Shown: positions 25,361-39,120 of the stretch, in pieces | Position numbering within the stretch: the stretch's first letter is position 1 | How the letters are laid out: each line of letters starts with the position of its first letter | DNA from: Octopus sinensis | Taxonomy: Eukaryota | Direction of reading: 5' to 3' | NCBI RefSeq assembly: GCF_006345805.1 | Contig: NC_043013.1 | Coordinates: 46,252,001 to 46,316,000, forward strand | Length of the DNA stretch: 64,000 nt | Notes under the pieces: model-generated | Seen by the model: only the letters and a program-made list of their open reading frames with translations | Database searches by the model: none | What the model was told of the DNA's origin: nothing | Translations under genes and position numbers: made by a program

Positions 25361-25924
25361 ATATAATAATTGAAGAATTATTAAAATATATCCTGTAGAA
25401 TTCCTTACAGAAAAACAGCAATATTTAATTCCAGATTTATAACTTTTATTTCAGAGGTGCGGATATTGGTGAATGGTTAAAGAATTTGATTTGCGGCTAT
25501 GAGGTTTCAGGTTCAATCACACTGTACAGCACTTTGGTAAGCAACTTCTACCAAAGAGTTACCTGGCAAGCGGAAATTGGTAGAGAGAGAGTGTTTGGAA
25601 GCCCATATATGTACAGGTGCATGTGCATGTGGCTATATTTTGCTTATTTTAATTATGAAGAATGCAAATGTTGGTGAAAACGTGACAAACGGTGCTCTTC
25701 CAACAATGTTCCTTGTGATATTTCTACTACACTAAGTTATAGTCATTCCCTTGCCACAAATACCATCCAGAATTCAGTGACCAAATGATTGGCTCATTAA
25801 TCTGTAATCATGATGCTATTATTTTCCAAATCACCATATAATAATTGAAGAATTATCAAAATATATTCTGTAGAATTCCTTACAGAAAAACAGAAATATT
25901 CAATTCCAGATTTGTAACTTTTAT
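25361..25924. repeat. 89-bp direct repeat (25361-25449 and 25836-25924) flanking an old SINE A head
   Basis: 5 mismatches between the copies by manual alignment. Confidence 0.85.
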
Positions 25925-26100
25925 CTCAACTATGTAACTAACAGAATCTCTTTGTCTGTCCATTAAGGCAGATTTGCAATTATCAAGAAAAGAAAAAGAA
26001 AGGTATAACATATAACTAAGTCTCTTAAAGGCAATTTAAATAATTGATTCTGAAGGTAGGATTCTTGGGAAAGTATTACCATTATAGCGTTTGATATATT

Positions 26101-26334
26101 TATTTCTGTATTGCCTACAGGGAGCTAAACATAGAAGGGACAAATAAGGACAGAAAAAGGGATTAAGTCGATTACATCGACCCCAGTGCATAACTGGTAT
26201 TTATTCAATCGACCCCGAAAGGTTGAAAGGCAAGGTCGACCTCCACAGAATTTGAACTCAGAACGTAAAGACAGACGAAATACCGCTAAACATTTCGCCC
26301 GGCGTGCTAATGTTTCTGCTAGCTCGCTGCCTTA
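26101..26334 (-). mobile_element. SINE family B (single unit, long-tail type) with ~16-bp TSD
   Basis: Flanks read aatatatcaaac(a/g)cta on the minus strand on both sides. Confidence 0.88.
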
Positions 26335-26439
26335 GTGTTTGATATATTGAGACATTATCATAACTTGGGTATTCAGTGATAATACACTGAACGTGCTAGA
26401 ATATTTCAATGCTTCTAGATTTCCAAAGCACCCAGCACA

Positions 26440-26603
26440 CTGTTAAATGGTTGACAATAGGAAGGGCATCCAACTGCAGAAACCCTGCCACGACAGGCAA
26501 TTGGAGCCTGGACAGTTCCCTGCTAGCCAGCTCTATGTAAAACTGTCCAACCCATGCCAGAATGGAAAGCGGACAATAAATGACAACGACGACGAGGACG
26601 ACG
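26440..26603 (+). mobile_element. Family C repeat (3' part)
   Basis: ggaagggcatccaactgcag...ccaacccatgccag. Confidence 0.75.
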
Positions 26604-26814
26604 GTTCTTTTGTAAATCACTTAAACTGAAAACTGAAGAAATTTCATGAAATCCAATAAGCTGGAGAACTGAGTTGCTTTTGTCAGTTTGGCTGAAATAC
26701 AACTACATACTGGTAACTTTTTATCAGGTCTTTTTCCTGATAATGGACAATCACACATACTGTTGACATGGGCAAATATTTATTATGAATATATTCACTT
26801 CTGAAGCTCTATCT

Positions 26815-26895
26815 GCGATGATTTCATCTCAATCGAAGGAGAGGGGCTTTCTCCGTCCGGGTTGCGGATCCATGGAATAAGCTGCTGGACAAGAT
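26815..26895 (+). mobile_element. CR1 LINE 3'-ORF fragment
   Basis: FHLNRRRGAFSVRVADPWNKL resembles the CR1 C-terminal F(S)xRVV..WN.LP motif. Confidence 0.4.
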
Positions 26896-28095
26896 AGGTT
26901 CAAAGTCTCTCTTGACCAGAAATGACCTGAACTCTTTGTATGACCACTCTCCCTATACTTAACTCCTTGTCCCACTACATGGCCTTGCTTTTTGCTTTTT
27001 GAGCCAAAAAAATTAACTTAACTTAACTATCACATCTCTTGACTTTTGTTACTTAAGAATCAAGCCCGATAAGAATGGTGAGTGGCTGACTATCTTTGGC
27101 ACTGTTGTTATATCACTATTATAGCGTCTGCGATGCTCAACAATATCCCAACAACACTTATTTGAAATAACATTCAATACGCTGGACACCAGCCAATAAA
27201 AACAATGATTTAACAACCATTTTGTAGACTATAAATGAATCCTGGCTCCACCAACTTATTTGGTTTGATTTAGTCATTACAGCTTAGGCCTTGCAACAGA
27301 CTTCTTTTTTACATCTTCAGTATACACAATATTTACAACAACTGCCTTGGTTATTCCAAAGAAGACTATCGAATTATATTTTACTTTTTGGTACAGAAAT
27401 ACTTTTTAAGGTATATTAATAAACACATTAAATTTCTCTTTTTATGTATAATGTGTTTTTTAAAAACACAAAGACTGTTAGATCTAACCTTAACCATTAT
27501 CAACATGCCTCACGCAGTTTACTCCACATATCACATTAATATCTTATTAAAATCCTACAAAATCTCCAATATTTGCAACACATATGGCCAATAAAGGGTT
27601 AAATTACTTAAGATTTATTAAAATATTCCATGTAAAATTCATATACCAAAAGGAAAAAAAAATGCAAATAGCATTATGTCAAAAATATTTTGAAATATCT
27701 CTGAAACCTAATCTTGCTATAAAATTTGTACTGATACATTAAAGTTTGGCAAATAGATGAGCTTTAAGAGAGAGAGAGATAAGATAAAAATCTATATAAA
27801 AGAAAATATGTTGTGTATCATTAAGCAGTCTGGTTGTTAAAAAAAAAGACCGGCGTAAATGTAGTTTTACAAATACACATTAATGCATAGTTCCTGTTCA
27901 GGTGTACTTGTTACTTCTTCAGCCAGTTGAAATAATTGTTCATATTTTAATGAAGCAGCATTAACAAATATATCTCGACTGTACTTGTAACAGGATTGTG
28001 GGAGAGTTGCAGCACTGAAGTAGCTTTCTTATTTTTGATAGCATTGACATTTTCAGTATATTAATTACTGGCAGGATAATGTTATATACCCATTT

Positions 28096-28307
28096 ACTCT
28101 TTTACGTGCTCCAGTCATTTGACTGCGGCCATGCTGGAGCACTGCCTTTAGTCGAGCAAATTGACCCCGGAACTTATTCTTTTGTAAGCCCAGTACTTAT
28201 TCTATCGGTCTCTTTTGCCAAACCGCTAAGTGATGGGGACATAAACACACCAGCATCGGTTGTCAAGCAATGCTAGTGAGACAAACACAGACACACAAAC
28301 ATACACG

Positions 28308-28356
<49 letters not shown>

Positions 28357-28492
28357 GACGGGCTTCTTTCAGTTTCCGTCTACCAAATCCACTCACAAGG
28401 CTTTGGTTGGCCCGAGGCTATAGCAGAAGACACTTGCCCAAGGTGCTACGCAGTGGGACTGAACCCGGAACCACACAGCCACTCCTGCGCCT
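28096..28492 (-). mobile_element. SINE family A (young; short internal deletion in head)
   Basis: Colinear with 57417-57826 except for the loss between ggaacc and acacagcc. Confidence 0.92.
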
Positions 28493-29950
28493 TTATATAT
28501 AATAACAGGTAAACATTTTCCACTTTTAATAAATTCAACCAGATTGAAGTTCAAAACCAACTATCTTTTACGTTATTAGACATCATCTACATAATTGTGT
28601 AATCGTTTATAACACAAAATCCAATCTGATTCAAACCAGGCATTAAGATAAGAACCTTGTATCAAATCTAACTGTTGCAATGATTGCTATTATGATTGTT
28701 AAGTACCGTATTGGCATCTTGGCTGTTTTGTAAAAACAGAACTAGCAGTATACAAGCTTTATTCAGCTCAACTGGATATCTCTAACAGAAAATTACTGTC
28801 TCTTGACGGGAATGCCATTTCCAAGAAGCTAAGCCGGGCTGTCTTAACACTGTTAAATAAATATAGCCAATCCCCTAATCAACTTTCTAGGTGGGTCCAG
28901 AGAGATGCTAACTTGGTTGCATAAGCTGGTGGCAAATTGACATCAAACTACTTTACGCACTCCACATTGGATTTTCTCTGACAATGTTCTCTTTTAGTCT
29001 TTCTTTCACTTCAGAACACTTGCACAGCAGAGAGCAGCCACTTGTCTATGGTTAAGGGTTGTTAGATATGATTTCTTAGAAAAGTAATGATTGGGAAACA
29101 TGGTAGTTTCACAAATAGAAGTGATAATGTAGGCTTCATTTTCAAAGATAAAGATTTGAAAATCATGAAAGCCTAAGGTCAAAACAAAATTCTTCTACAG
29201 TAAAATGGAACAGTGGATTATTATTGAAGATGAATATCAAGAAACAAGGGAGGAAAATGGCAAAATTTATAATAAAGTGATCATCAGTTTTGGTGGTGAA
29301 GTATACAGCATATAATACTACTGTGTCATCTACTGTCAGAATGGTTCCACAGCAATTGTTGTTTAACTGTAATAGGGGCGGGTGGGGAAATAAAGTATAT
29401 TAAATTGAGAAAATGGGACCAGTAAAAATGTGTTAGAACAATTATAAAGCAACCAAAATATCTGCTGTTTATTAGCTTCTATGTTGGCGCTAAGAGGAAA
29501 ACTGAGCCAATTTCTTCAAGAATAAATATATTTCTCTTTCTTGAGATTTTTATGTATATATGAGTGTGCATGTGTGTGTGAATATATATGCGTGTATGTC
29601 TGTATGTATGTATGTATGTGTGTGCATGCGTGTATGTATGTGTATGCATATGTGTGTGCATTACAGAATGTTCAAAGATAATATCCCTAATCTTGTTTAT
29701 ATCTTCTAAAATAGGATTCTGTCTAGTTTTTTATTACGGGGTCTTTGTAGGTTTCATTTCCTGGGGGTTAATCTATTTGTAAATCTCATGGCTGGATAAA
29801 GTGAATATATATGTTCTGTTCCACACTTTGGAACCAGAATTTGTTTTTGCATTTCTTTCAATAACTAATGTTCAAAAATTGAAACAACTTGTAGAAGATA
29901 ATTATAAAGGGATTCATCAAGTAAGAACATATTAAACTATTCATACTTCG

Positions 29951-30177
29951 TTAACCCATTAGTATTTAAACTGGCCATATCCGGCCAAAATATTTTATCT
30001 GTTTTATGTTCAAACTGACCAGATCCGGGTCCTCACATCTACCCTACAATGTTATTCTACATTAAGTAATTACACCATCAAGATCTTGAAGATATGAAAT
30101 AATGCATGATTAATTCAAATCAATGGGAATTGATAAGCAATATGTTTGATAGAATAATCTGAACACTAAAGGGTTAA
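29951..30177. mobile_element. MITE family E
   Basis: ttaa|cccatt...aaaggg|ttaa. Confidence 0.85.
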
Positions 30178-30370
30178 AATACATCTCTAAAAATATTGTA
30201 GCAATACAAACTCAAATATTTTGAAATTTATCAATGGTTTTCATTGTTTCAAAATATATAAAGAAGAAATTTTTTAATTCCTTTAGTCAATTATAATGAA
30301 AATAGCACCAACCCTTAGCATTCAGACTACTCTGGCAAATGTAACGCTTATTTATTCACACCATTTTGAA

Positions 30371-30604
30371 TTAACATTTTTGATACCAACTCACCTGAGA
30401 TCACCCCAGATTCTATGACATAAGCTTACTGTTTCAAAGTGGTCTAAATGATAATATTTCATGAAAATTTTAAGCTAATTTGTTCCAAACCTCAGCTTAA
30501 TAACAAGAAAGTTATTTGTTTCTAAATACTTCATTATTTCAAAAATTAATTGAAACAAAGACAGCATATGTTGTTAACAGAAATATGGTTAACAAAAGGG
30601 TTAA
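30371..30604. mobile_element. MITE family D (old), nested at TTAA
   Basis: ttaa duplicated at 30371 and 30601. Confidence 0.8.
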
Positions 30605-30759
30605 TCCTGCATTATCTCATAGTTCTGAAATTTCAATGATGTGATAGTTTATTTTTAGAATGTCATTGTAGGGTAGGTGTGGGGGGGGGAGCTAAAGTTA
30701 GCCAGTTTAATCATAAAAATAGGTAGAATATTTGGGCTAGATATGGTCAGTTTAGATGC

Positions 30760-30989
30760 TTAACCCTTTCGTTACTGTATTTATTCTGAGATGCTCTGTG
30801 TTTCTTTCAATTACTTTAAATATAACAAAGAATTTAGTAAAATAACTTAGTTATCATTCAGCTAGTGTTAGGAACATAAATTGTGACTAAGGTTTGGTGG
30901 AAGATTTTTAATTCAGGACTTATGAAAACAAGACATTTGTACTACAGAGCCAGAGCCGGTTTCAGCCGGGTTGGTAACAAAAGGGTTTA
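30760..30989. mobile_element. MITE family D1 (young), nested at TTAA
   Basis: Reverse complement of 62602-62829 at high identity. Confidence 0.88.
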
Positions 30990-32165
30990 GGGTTGAAACA
31001 ATCCTGTTCCAAACAGGTTTTAAGTATTACATTTTATTTCATTGTTAAATGAAGATTGACGTAATAAATTTTGCTAGTATATTTAACAGTATAGTTTTGT
31101 CAGTGAACAGGTCACAGATTTTAGCGCCGAAAATATTTTGACAAATTAAACTTAAATGTTGAAGTGAATCGAACGGCTTTGTGTGTCTCTTAAATGGCTT
31201 TCAAACACCTTCCATGCTGCAATTGTTTCGTTCCAGCACACGATCTCAGATCAAATCACTTGCTATGCGAGTACATCTCCGTAATTTAACAGTAAATAAA
31301 CCAAAAAAAAATTTAATGAACTTGGGTTAAAAACCATGACAGTCTAGTTAATAAATGCAGTGATAAATGATAGATGTATAAATCTCAAAGGTTCTAGGTT
31401 AAATCAAGAATATTTCTAATCACTGATTTTTATTTCAATTTCAAGTTTGCATATCACTTCTTGGGGCAACAAATTAAAACATTGCTCTGTAAGTGTATGT
31501 GTGATTTTCCATCAGTGTTCATATGCAATTCATGTAGTCCAATAAATTTGGATTATGTATATAATATATACATGTATGTATGCATGCATGTGTGTGTGTG
31601 TGTGTGTTAAATTCCTTTTACAAAACAGATTTCACATATGTCAAACCACTTGTCAATATGCAGATATATTAAAAACTGAAGAAAATATCAATAAATAATA
31701 AGCTTTAGTTTTCTAATCTCCTCCGTCTGTTCTAGAAACACACAAAGCAACATTACTGTAAACAAATACAACAATCAGGTCAAACCCAGCGAACCCAGCG
31801 AACCCGCTCAAAATATGAACTGGGTGTCCAAATCCTAATACTATGTCTCTTATCACTAATTAGTAGAGAAGTGTGTGAGTTGAGTTAGAAATGACCCCAT
31901 TGTATAACTGGTACTTATTGTACTATTCCTTGTAGGATTTAAAATCAGAAGAAAGAAGGAAGCTTTTAGGTATTCACTTTAGCATTTCTGCTGGTCCATA
32001 ATTGTTCCAACAGTTATGAAACCCCTAAGGAATTAAAACTACCACACACTAACTAAATCCATCTCTGTGTGCCATAGCTGCATTCATCATCTGCAACCTC
32101 TGAACATACACAAGACAAAATAAGTAGATGAAGCAAACATACACTGCTATATTTGCAATCAGATT

Positions 32166-32394
32166 TTAACCCTTTAGTGTTTAAACAGGCCATATCTGGC
32201 CCTGATATTCTACATGTTTTATATTCAAACTGGCCATATCTAGCCTCTCACACCTAACTTACATTGACATTCTAAAAATAAACAATCATGTCATTGAAAC
32301 CTCAAAACTATAATATAATAAATGATTAATTCAAAATAATTTGAGTGAAAAAAGTATTACATTTAACAAAGTAATCTGAACTCTAAAGGGTTAA
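32166..32394. mobile_element. MITE family E
   Basis: ttaa|cccttt...aaaggg|ttaa. Confidence 0.85.
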
Positions 32395-32420
32395 GCAAAA
32401 CATGAGTTCATGGCACAAAT

Positions 32421-32570
32421 CAGTGGTTCCCAAAGGCAGTGCTGCAGATTGGTGAGGTGAGTTCAAAATTTGCTGAGCAGACAGACGTTTTGAAAGTTTT
32501 GGGGATCTGTGAGAGAATGATTCATTTACATAAAAGTTGTCCTTGCTAGTGGAATGATTGGGAACCACTG
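32421..32570. mobile_element. hAT-like MITE
   Basis: 13-bp TIR cagtggttcccaa / ttgggaaccactg; no 8-bp TSD visible. Confidence 0.45.
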
Positions 32571-33115
32571 GTAAGCCTTGTTGAGCTGATCTCATGATTG
32601 GAATATAGTCCAAGTTCACATCCATGGTCACATGCACACCACACACACACATGTGCGATAAATAAACATTTAACTCAAACCCAAAAAGAAACAGTCTGCG
32701 TGGTCAGCTGACCTGCTAGAAATAGAAATTAAATCTTCCTCAAATATCAACCAACTGTTACAAAAAGGACATACTGTGGTATGACACACTTTGCCTGAAA
32801 TAAAAATATTGATGGTCACATGTGGAATGTCACTGATCAGTGATCTGTTTGGTCAGGGCTGGAGTTAAACAATCAACTGCATCATTATCATTCTTTACGA
32901 CAGCCCTTCAATATTTAACCAATAATACTGAGGACATTAACATACCAAGGTTGCTTATAAACACAGTATTTGCTATAAAACATTCAGTTAATGAACATTT
33001 ACGTTAGATACTCAAACTCTTTGGAATCTTGTTTACATATCATACTTTGTACCAAGTGCCCTATGCTCTTTGACAATCCAGAAACATACAATATAAACAC
33101 ACATACACACACACA

Positions 33116-33315
33116 CTGTATCTACTCGTATAAAAGCCACACTATTCTGTATTCGATTTTAATTGAAAAAACTGGGGCATGACTTACACATGGGACAAAT
33201 TTAAAACCATGCAAGGGACAAAATTTCGGACCAAGACTTAACATTAAACGAGGGGTGCAACTTATACACGAGTGTGACTTATACATGAGTGTGACTTATA
33301 CGTGAGTAGATACTG
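33116..33315. mobile_element. pogo-like MITE
   Basis: Ends ctgtatctactc / gagtagatactg; subterminal 16-bp repeat around gacttatac, three times. Confidence 0.65.
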
Positions 33316-35805
33316 CATGTGAGTGTGTGTGTGTTATTGTATGTAATCACAATTATAACTGATTTCATTTTCAAAGTTAATTCAACATTTCAGTGACCCA
33401 GAGGTCATTCCATGTGTCACCGTGTTCTCTTTACCGTATTTACATAGTAAACATACAAAGCACTGTACACATTACAATACAAGGAGCTCCATTCAGGGTG
33501 GTAGTGGCAATACAGCTAGGAGTGTGGTAGTAGAGTTAATTCCATTTAAAAGATAATTTCTAACAGTAATTAATTAATACATTCTTACATATGACTACAT
33601 AAATGATTCAATGGTTGGTGATGTCAGATTAATAATTTCGTGTGAAACAGAGAAAAATGTACTTTTACTCCTAACACAGAATGACATAACCAAATACACA
33701 TATGGTTTTGTGGTTTCTTTTTCTGTAGCTTTCTGTAATAAGCAGTTCAGCATGTGTATAACTGAAGTAAATTTTTCTCTCTTTCTCTAATAAAACGAAC
33801 AATATGTAAATCTCATGTAGCATTGTGTGTGTGTGTGTGTGAGTTGTCTATTCTAAGGCCTCATTAACATGCAAATTACACAAAATTTATATTTCATAAA
33901 AGAATGTCTTTTTCAGCAATAATTTAAACAACGTTTCCATAAAAATCAATGAAAGTGTATTTAAGTCACGTGGTGCTGATGATGACGACGAATATTGAGT
34001 GAATAGAGAGAGAGAAAGAAAGGAAGAAAGAAATGCTTGAAATAAAAATATGAGAAAACTAAAATATTTAAAAATATTTTGTTCATCAAAATATTTATCA
34101 CAGTTGTGACTATGAGTGCAATGATGTTTCATAATTAAGAATGGAACTCTACATATTTGTCGTCAACGATATTGACAAAAGATCTTGTCATACCAGTAAG
34201 TGAGCTTCGACAAAGTTGAGTGGGTTTAAAATATGCCAGTTTTATTAACGTTGTGATTTGTTAAAGTCTAAAAATTTGCTCAATGGATGTATTAGTTTTA
34301 TAATGGATGAAATTATAAATCAGTTCATGACAGAAGAGAAGAGAGAAAAAAACAAAAAAAAAACAACAAAAAAGTAACAAACTCATTAGTATATTACTAA
34401 TTTAAAAAAGTTAATTTCCACACTAATAACATGGAATAAAAGTACAATATTGAAAGGTGAAATGATGAGCCACTAGCTAAGCTGAAATGCATAAAATCAG
34501 GTTTAAGGTAATATTCTATTTTGAGAAATTATTTTGGCTTATATTTCAAATCTATACTGATAAAATTGATTAGCTGAATTAATTATTAACTATCAAAATC
34601 AGACAAAAGAATTAGAAAAAGTCCATTTTTCTTGATTTGTTTTTATCAACAATTTATACACGTTGTTGTTGTTGTTATTATTATTATTATTATTATTGTT
34701 ATTATTATTATTATTATTATTATTTTTTTTTTTTTGTTTCTCAGTATACTACTGCAACAAATCTTATTAACAAATAGCATCATAATCTAAATGCAAAGAA
34801 ATTTAATGAATAGACAAACATCAAAATTTCTTCAGAAAAGGAACTATTTTAAAATTATCAGCTACAACATAATTTATTTTATATATTAAATTCAATAGCA
34901 TTCAAAAGGCTTAAATTATAATTAGATTTTGAAAAACTTAACATTTTCATATTGATGAGTTGTGACATTTTTGTATCAGATTTTCCATTAAAAGTCAGCC
35001 ACAACTATGGAAATGCATCTCTTATATGCAGTACTACTCTATAACATTGCACATTTTCAATAAAGCTGACAGACACACTGGAGAAAAACTGAGTCTTTTT
35101 TGAATAAAATAAAGGAGAAAGAAATAAGAATTCACTCCAGAATGTTCCAGCTTATTTGTCTAAATATGCATTCATTGATTGTGTATTTAAAATTTAAAAT
35201 ACTTGTCTTATATGGTAAATTATGTTATGAAGAAAAAAAGGTACAAAGAATTAGAAAAATAGCAAAGTAACATATGATAAGGAAAAGAATTTAAACAATG
35301 CAGAAATTTTTATTAAAACCATATTATTGTGTCCAGTTAATGAGGGCATGCTAGGAGGGATGACAAGAGCCTAAATTTAAAGAAAAATGCGAAAGCTCAA
35401 TAAAAATCTAAATAATTATATAAATTATTATTCTGTGCAAATACTATGAAGTATGACATATTTGCAACGCTCATTGCAACACATTAATGGGGAAGAATAG
35501 GAGAGAGAAAAATATAGACAAATTCTTAGAACATATCTATTCTCTGGAATATGCCATTGAATTAATAATGAAGTCTAACAATAAGGGTCATTTTCGAAAA
35601 TATTATTGTAAAACTGAATATTTTCTTGATAAACTCCCAGGAAATTCAATTGCTTTTAAAGGAATTTCCATTTTTATGTTTGTCTTTCTGTTCTTAAAGG
35701 CAAAATTATGACTAAATTAGGGTATCGTTCTAACAAAATGTTTTAATTGATCCTTTGGGTCTGAGGCAGATAACAGAGATGGAATTAGCAACCAAACAAT
35801 AATAA

Positions 35806-35911
35806 CGATGATAATAATAATAATAATATAATAGTAATAATAATAATGATAATAATAATAATAATAATAATGATAATAATAGTAATAAGGATAATAATAA
35901 TAATAATAAGG

Positions 35912-35976
<65 letters not shown>

Positions 35977-36042
35977 AAGAAGAAGAAGAAGGAGAAGAAG
36001 AAGAAGAAGAAGAAGAAGAAGAAGAAGAAGAAGAAGAAGAAG

Positions 36043-36072
<30 letters not shown>
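35806..36072. repeat. (AAT)n followed by (AAG)n
   Basis: Direct reading. Confidence 0.95.
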
Positions 36073-36073
<1 letters not shown>

Positions 36074-36804
36074 TAGGTGTTACATTTTTTTTCAATATTT
36101 TCATACGAGCTGAGGAGAACTAGCTACTTCACTGAGTGAAGTTCTGAGCAATAAACAATAATAATACATCATTATGCAGTGTCAATGTATTATTGTCAGA
36201 GTGGCCTCAGAATTGTATATGTAGTTCAGATGATGTTTGGCCTATGACTATAGATCTATGAAGAGATTTTATTAATGCTGGTGCTGACATTTAAAGGACT
36301 TAATGTTGTTACTTTCCAGCAAGTGACCACCACTGGGGATACCGACAGTTAGTGTAAAGCGATGGCAAGTCAAGTTCTCTCACTTTGGTCAGATTTTTTT
36401 TTCTTAGCAATATACGCTAAGAAGGAGAGACAATAAGAAAGTAAACATCAATATATACCAACCATACTGCCAGAGTCCCTCTGGATGTCACAAAAATAAT
36501 AATAAAAATAAATAAATGAAAATAAAAATAAATAAAATGAATGGATAAATTGTTGTTGCTAGTCTAAAGAAGACATTTCAAAGTGATTGTTTTCACTCTA
36601 CATGAATGTGTTAAAGAGGATCAAAGCAGAACTAGCAAAAAGTAAAATAAGGATAGAAGCCATGCAATACAGATGTAGCTTTCTGAAAACAAAAAGATAC
36701 AGCTCTATGTGATCTTCATAAATCAAAGAATTTCAAAATCTATAAGTTAGGGAGAGAAGTATATATATATTTTTTTATATATAACATAATTGGGAGAACT
36801 AAGC

Positions 36805-36935
36805 TTGCTTATCCAGGGATACAGGCATCCAGCAACAGGATCTCCATAATGCTATGATGGACCGTGAAGTCTGGCGTAGCATGGTAAATTCCATTGTCTC
36901 GACCATGGTCGAACAATGATGATGATGATGATGAT
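36805..36935 (+). mobile_element. RTE-X-like 3' fragment with (ATG)n tail
   Basis: Same sequence family as 13127-13463, opposite orientation. Confidence 0.8.
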
Positions 36936-37107
36936 TAAGAAGGGGTTGACAAGAAATTTAAATTACCACCAATGTTCTGTGCCCTATTTTTACACAACTT
37001 ACAAAATCTAATAGTAGTAGCAAAAAACTGTTACTTCTAACAAAAAAAATAATCAAAGTTTATAAAATTTTGTAAGTGGGGAAAAGGGCCTTGGTGTGAA
37101 AACATCA

Positions 37108-37152
<45 letters not shown>

Positions 37153-38299
37153 CTAACCAGAAAATTTCAATAATTGCCAATACCATCTTCAAGAAATGCA
37201 AATCATTGCAATATGTTTGTGAAAGAGGAAACTAGCGTAGCGATAGCTGCTGAAGCTAAACACTAATAGAATGGTCTATTGCTAAATTTACAGTGGGGTT
37301 TGCTAGAGAAGAGGGTAATTAATTTTCTCACTAGACTTAAAGTAATGCTTCAAGAATATTTTTAAAGCAAACCCTGTACAGAGAATTGGAAACATTTTGA
37401 AATGTTTATGATGTAAATTTGGAAAGAATTTTTTGTAGAGGGTACAAATTTTCATATATAGATTTATAATCAAAAGAAGACCGAAATCTTTGTGAAAATA
37501 AGTTTCATTGGGGAAGAATTAACTGAAATATTGGGAAAATAGCTAGTTCTTAAAAAGAAGTAGAGATTAATTTAGAAGTCATATTGAAAGGATCTATGCG
37601 TAGTTTTACTTTATTTGTCAGGGTCATCATTACAAAACGATTAGGCAACATTCTTACGTTACATATCTTTCAACATAATAAACATCTCCTTGGAATGCCA
37701 TTTAGTGTAATGACCAAGTATGACATACAGAAATGAGAAAACAACCAATGGTATCAATGAAGGGAGAATTTCATGATTTTGCTTAATTTGCAATAATAAT
37801 TGAGCATTTTAATGATACATGGACAATTATCATAAAAGCTTCTGAGATAAAAACAAAGAATTCCTAGCTAAAACTACTGTCAAGATGTTGTATTTTTGTA
37901 AAACATGGATTTTACTTGATATATATTTTTTTTTTAAATCAGATTTGTAAAAACCAAGTTTAGGCATGCACATATTAGAAGATATTACATTTCTGAGCAA
38001 ATAGTTTTCAGATTCATACTTGAAAATGAATGGTTAGTCGATAAGAATAATTAAAACATTTGTAAAGAATTTTAAAACAAAGTCTAGAATTAAGAAGACA
38101 ATTTTTTGACAACTTTTATTATAAAATTGGAAGAAATGACGATATTGAATTAATGCCAAATTCTTGGCAAGAATTTCAAAGATTTGGTGAAAGGTTTTTT
38201 TCTGAATGTTTTCAGAAACATTAAATAATAAAAAAATTACTGTCAAAAACCAGTCACCTATTAGAATTTATTATGATTATTGTTATCATTTTTTTTTTA

Positions 38300-39120
38300 T
38301 ATATATATATGAAAAGACAGAATTAAAGATAAGCCAGTGTAGAAATATCTGCTAATAAGTTTCTCCAGATGTGAGCAATGCTCCATTTGCAGTCTGAGCT
38401 GAAGTTTTTTTATGTGTAAGAAATGGCAGCTTGCTGAATGTTGAAAGTATCTTTCTATGGATAGGAAGACCAGCTTTTTAAGATACAACCTTAATGAAAC
38501 AAAATGCTGTTTTCTCAATAGGTAAAGTTAGTTGGAAAAAGAAAATGTTCAGTGACGTGCTAACCATGGAAATGTAAAGATCATACTTGTCTTTCTTGCT
38601 TGTCATATTGGAGTGATTGTGTTGTTGGTTAAGTGAATTAAAGTTTCTGGAGCACCATTTTTGAGTAAAGTTTGAAATTAGAATCCATGCTTCAAACAGT
38701 GGCACATAAATCCTTTCAAGATTGGCATAGAAGTATGGCAGGAAGACAGATGTATTAGTTTTTTTTTTTTCAACAGAAGAATGAATAAAAGTCCTTGGTA
38801 GAGAAGAGCAGGATGTTGATAACTTATAGTGCATGGGTAGGATTTTGGAAAGAACATTGCTGATGGCTAACCATAGAGTGGTTAGGCTCAAGAGTTAGCC
38901 TGCCAATTTCAGATGTTTGGCTGGATTTCATGAGAATACCTTGCTGAGATCTTGGTATTGGAGTTTATCAAAACCCTTGTTTATGTCAAGTGCAACTGCT
39001 CTGCTTTCCCCATGATGCTTCGTGGTCGAGGGCCATTTGGAGGTGATATACAACAGTAGGTCACCGGTTGACCTGTTTGAACGAAAGGCATACTGTTGGT
39101 CACTGAGAAGCAAGATTGTT
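38300..39120 (-). mobile_element. CR1/Jockey-group LINE reverse-transcriptase relic
   Basis: ORF LLSDQQYAFRSNRSTGDLL...VALDINKGFD carries the RT QYGFR...STGD and ALD.SKAFD motifs; the downstream ORF has degraded later RT motifs. Confidence 0.72.

Larger units (their letters stand above)
30309..30997. mobile_element. MITE family E carrying two nested family D insertions
   Basis: E halves flank D (30371-30604) and D1 (30760-30989), each at a TTAA. Confidence 0.8.

Noticed and set aside
27860-28030. Minus-strand open stretch AATLPQSCYKYSRDIFVNAASLKYEQLF
   Set aside because: Bounded by stops, no recognisable family, weak splice support.
29375-29390. EGR-binding site (ggggcgggtgggg) for NAB autoregulation
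   Set aside because: It does not match GCG(T/G)GGGCG, and no clustered sites were found; the promoter is outside the window.
37200-37700. Possible hAT transposase relic
   Set aside because: Only a vague peptide resemblance with many stops; not supportable without a profile search.
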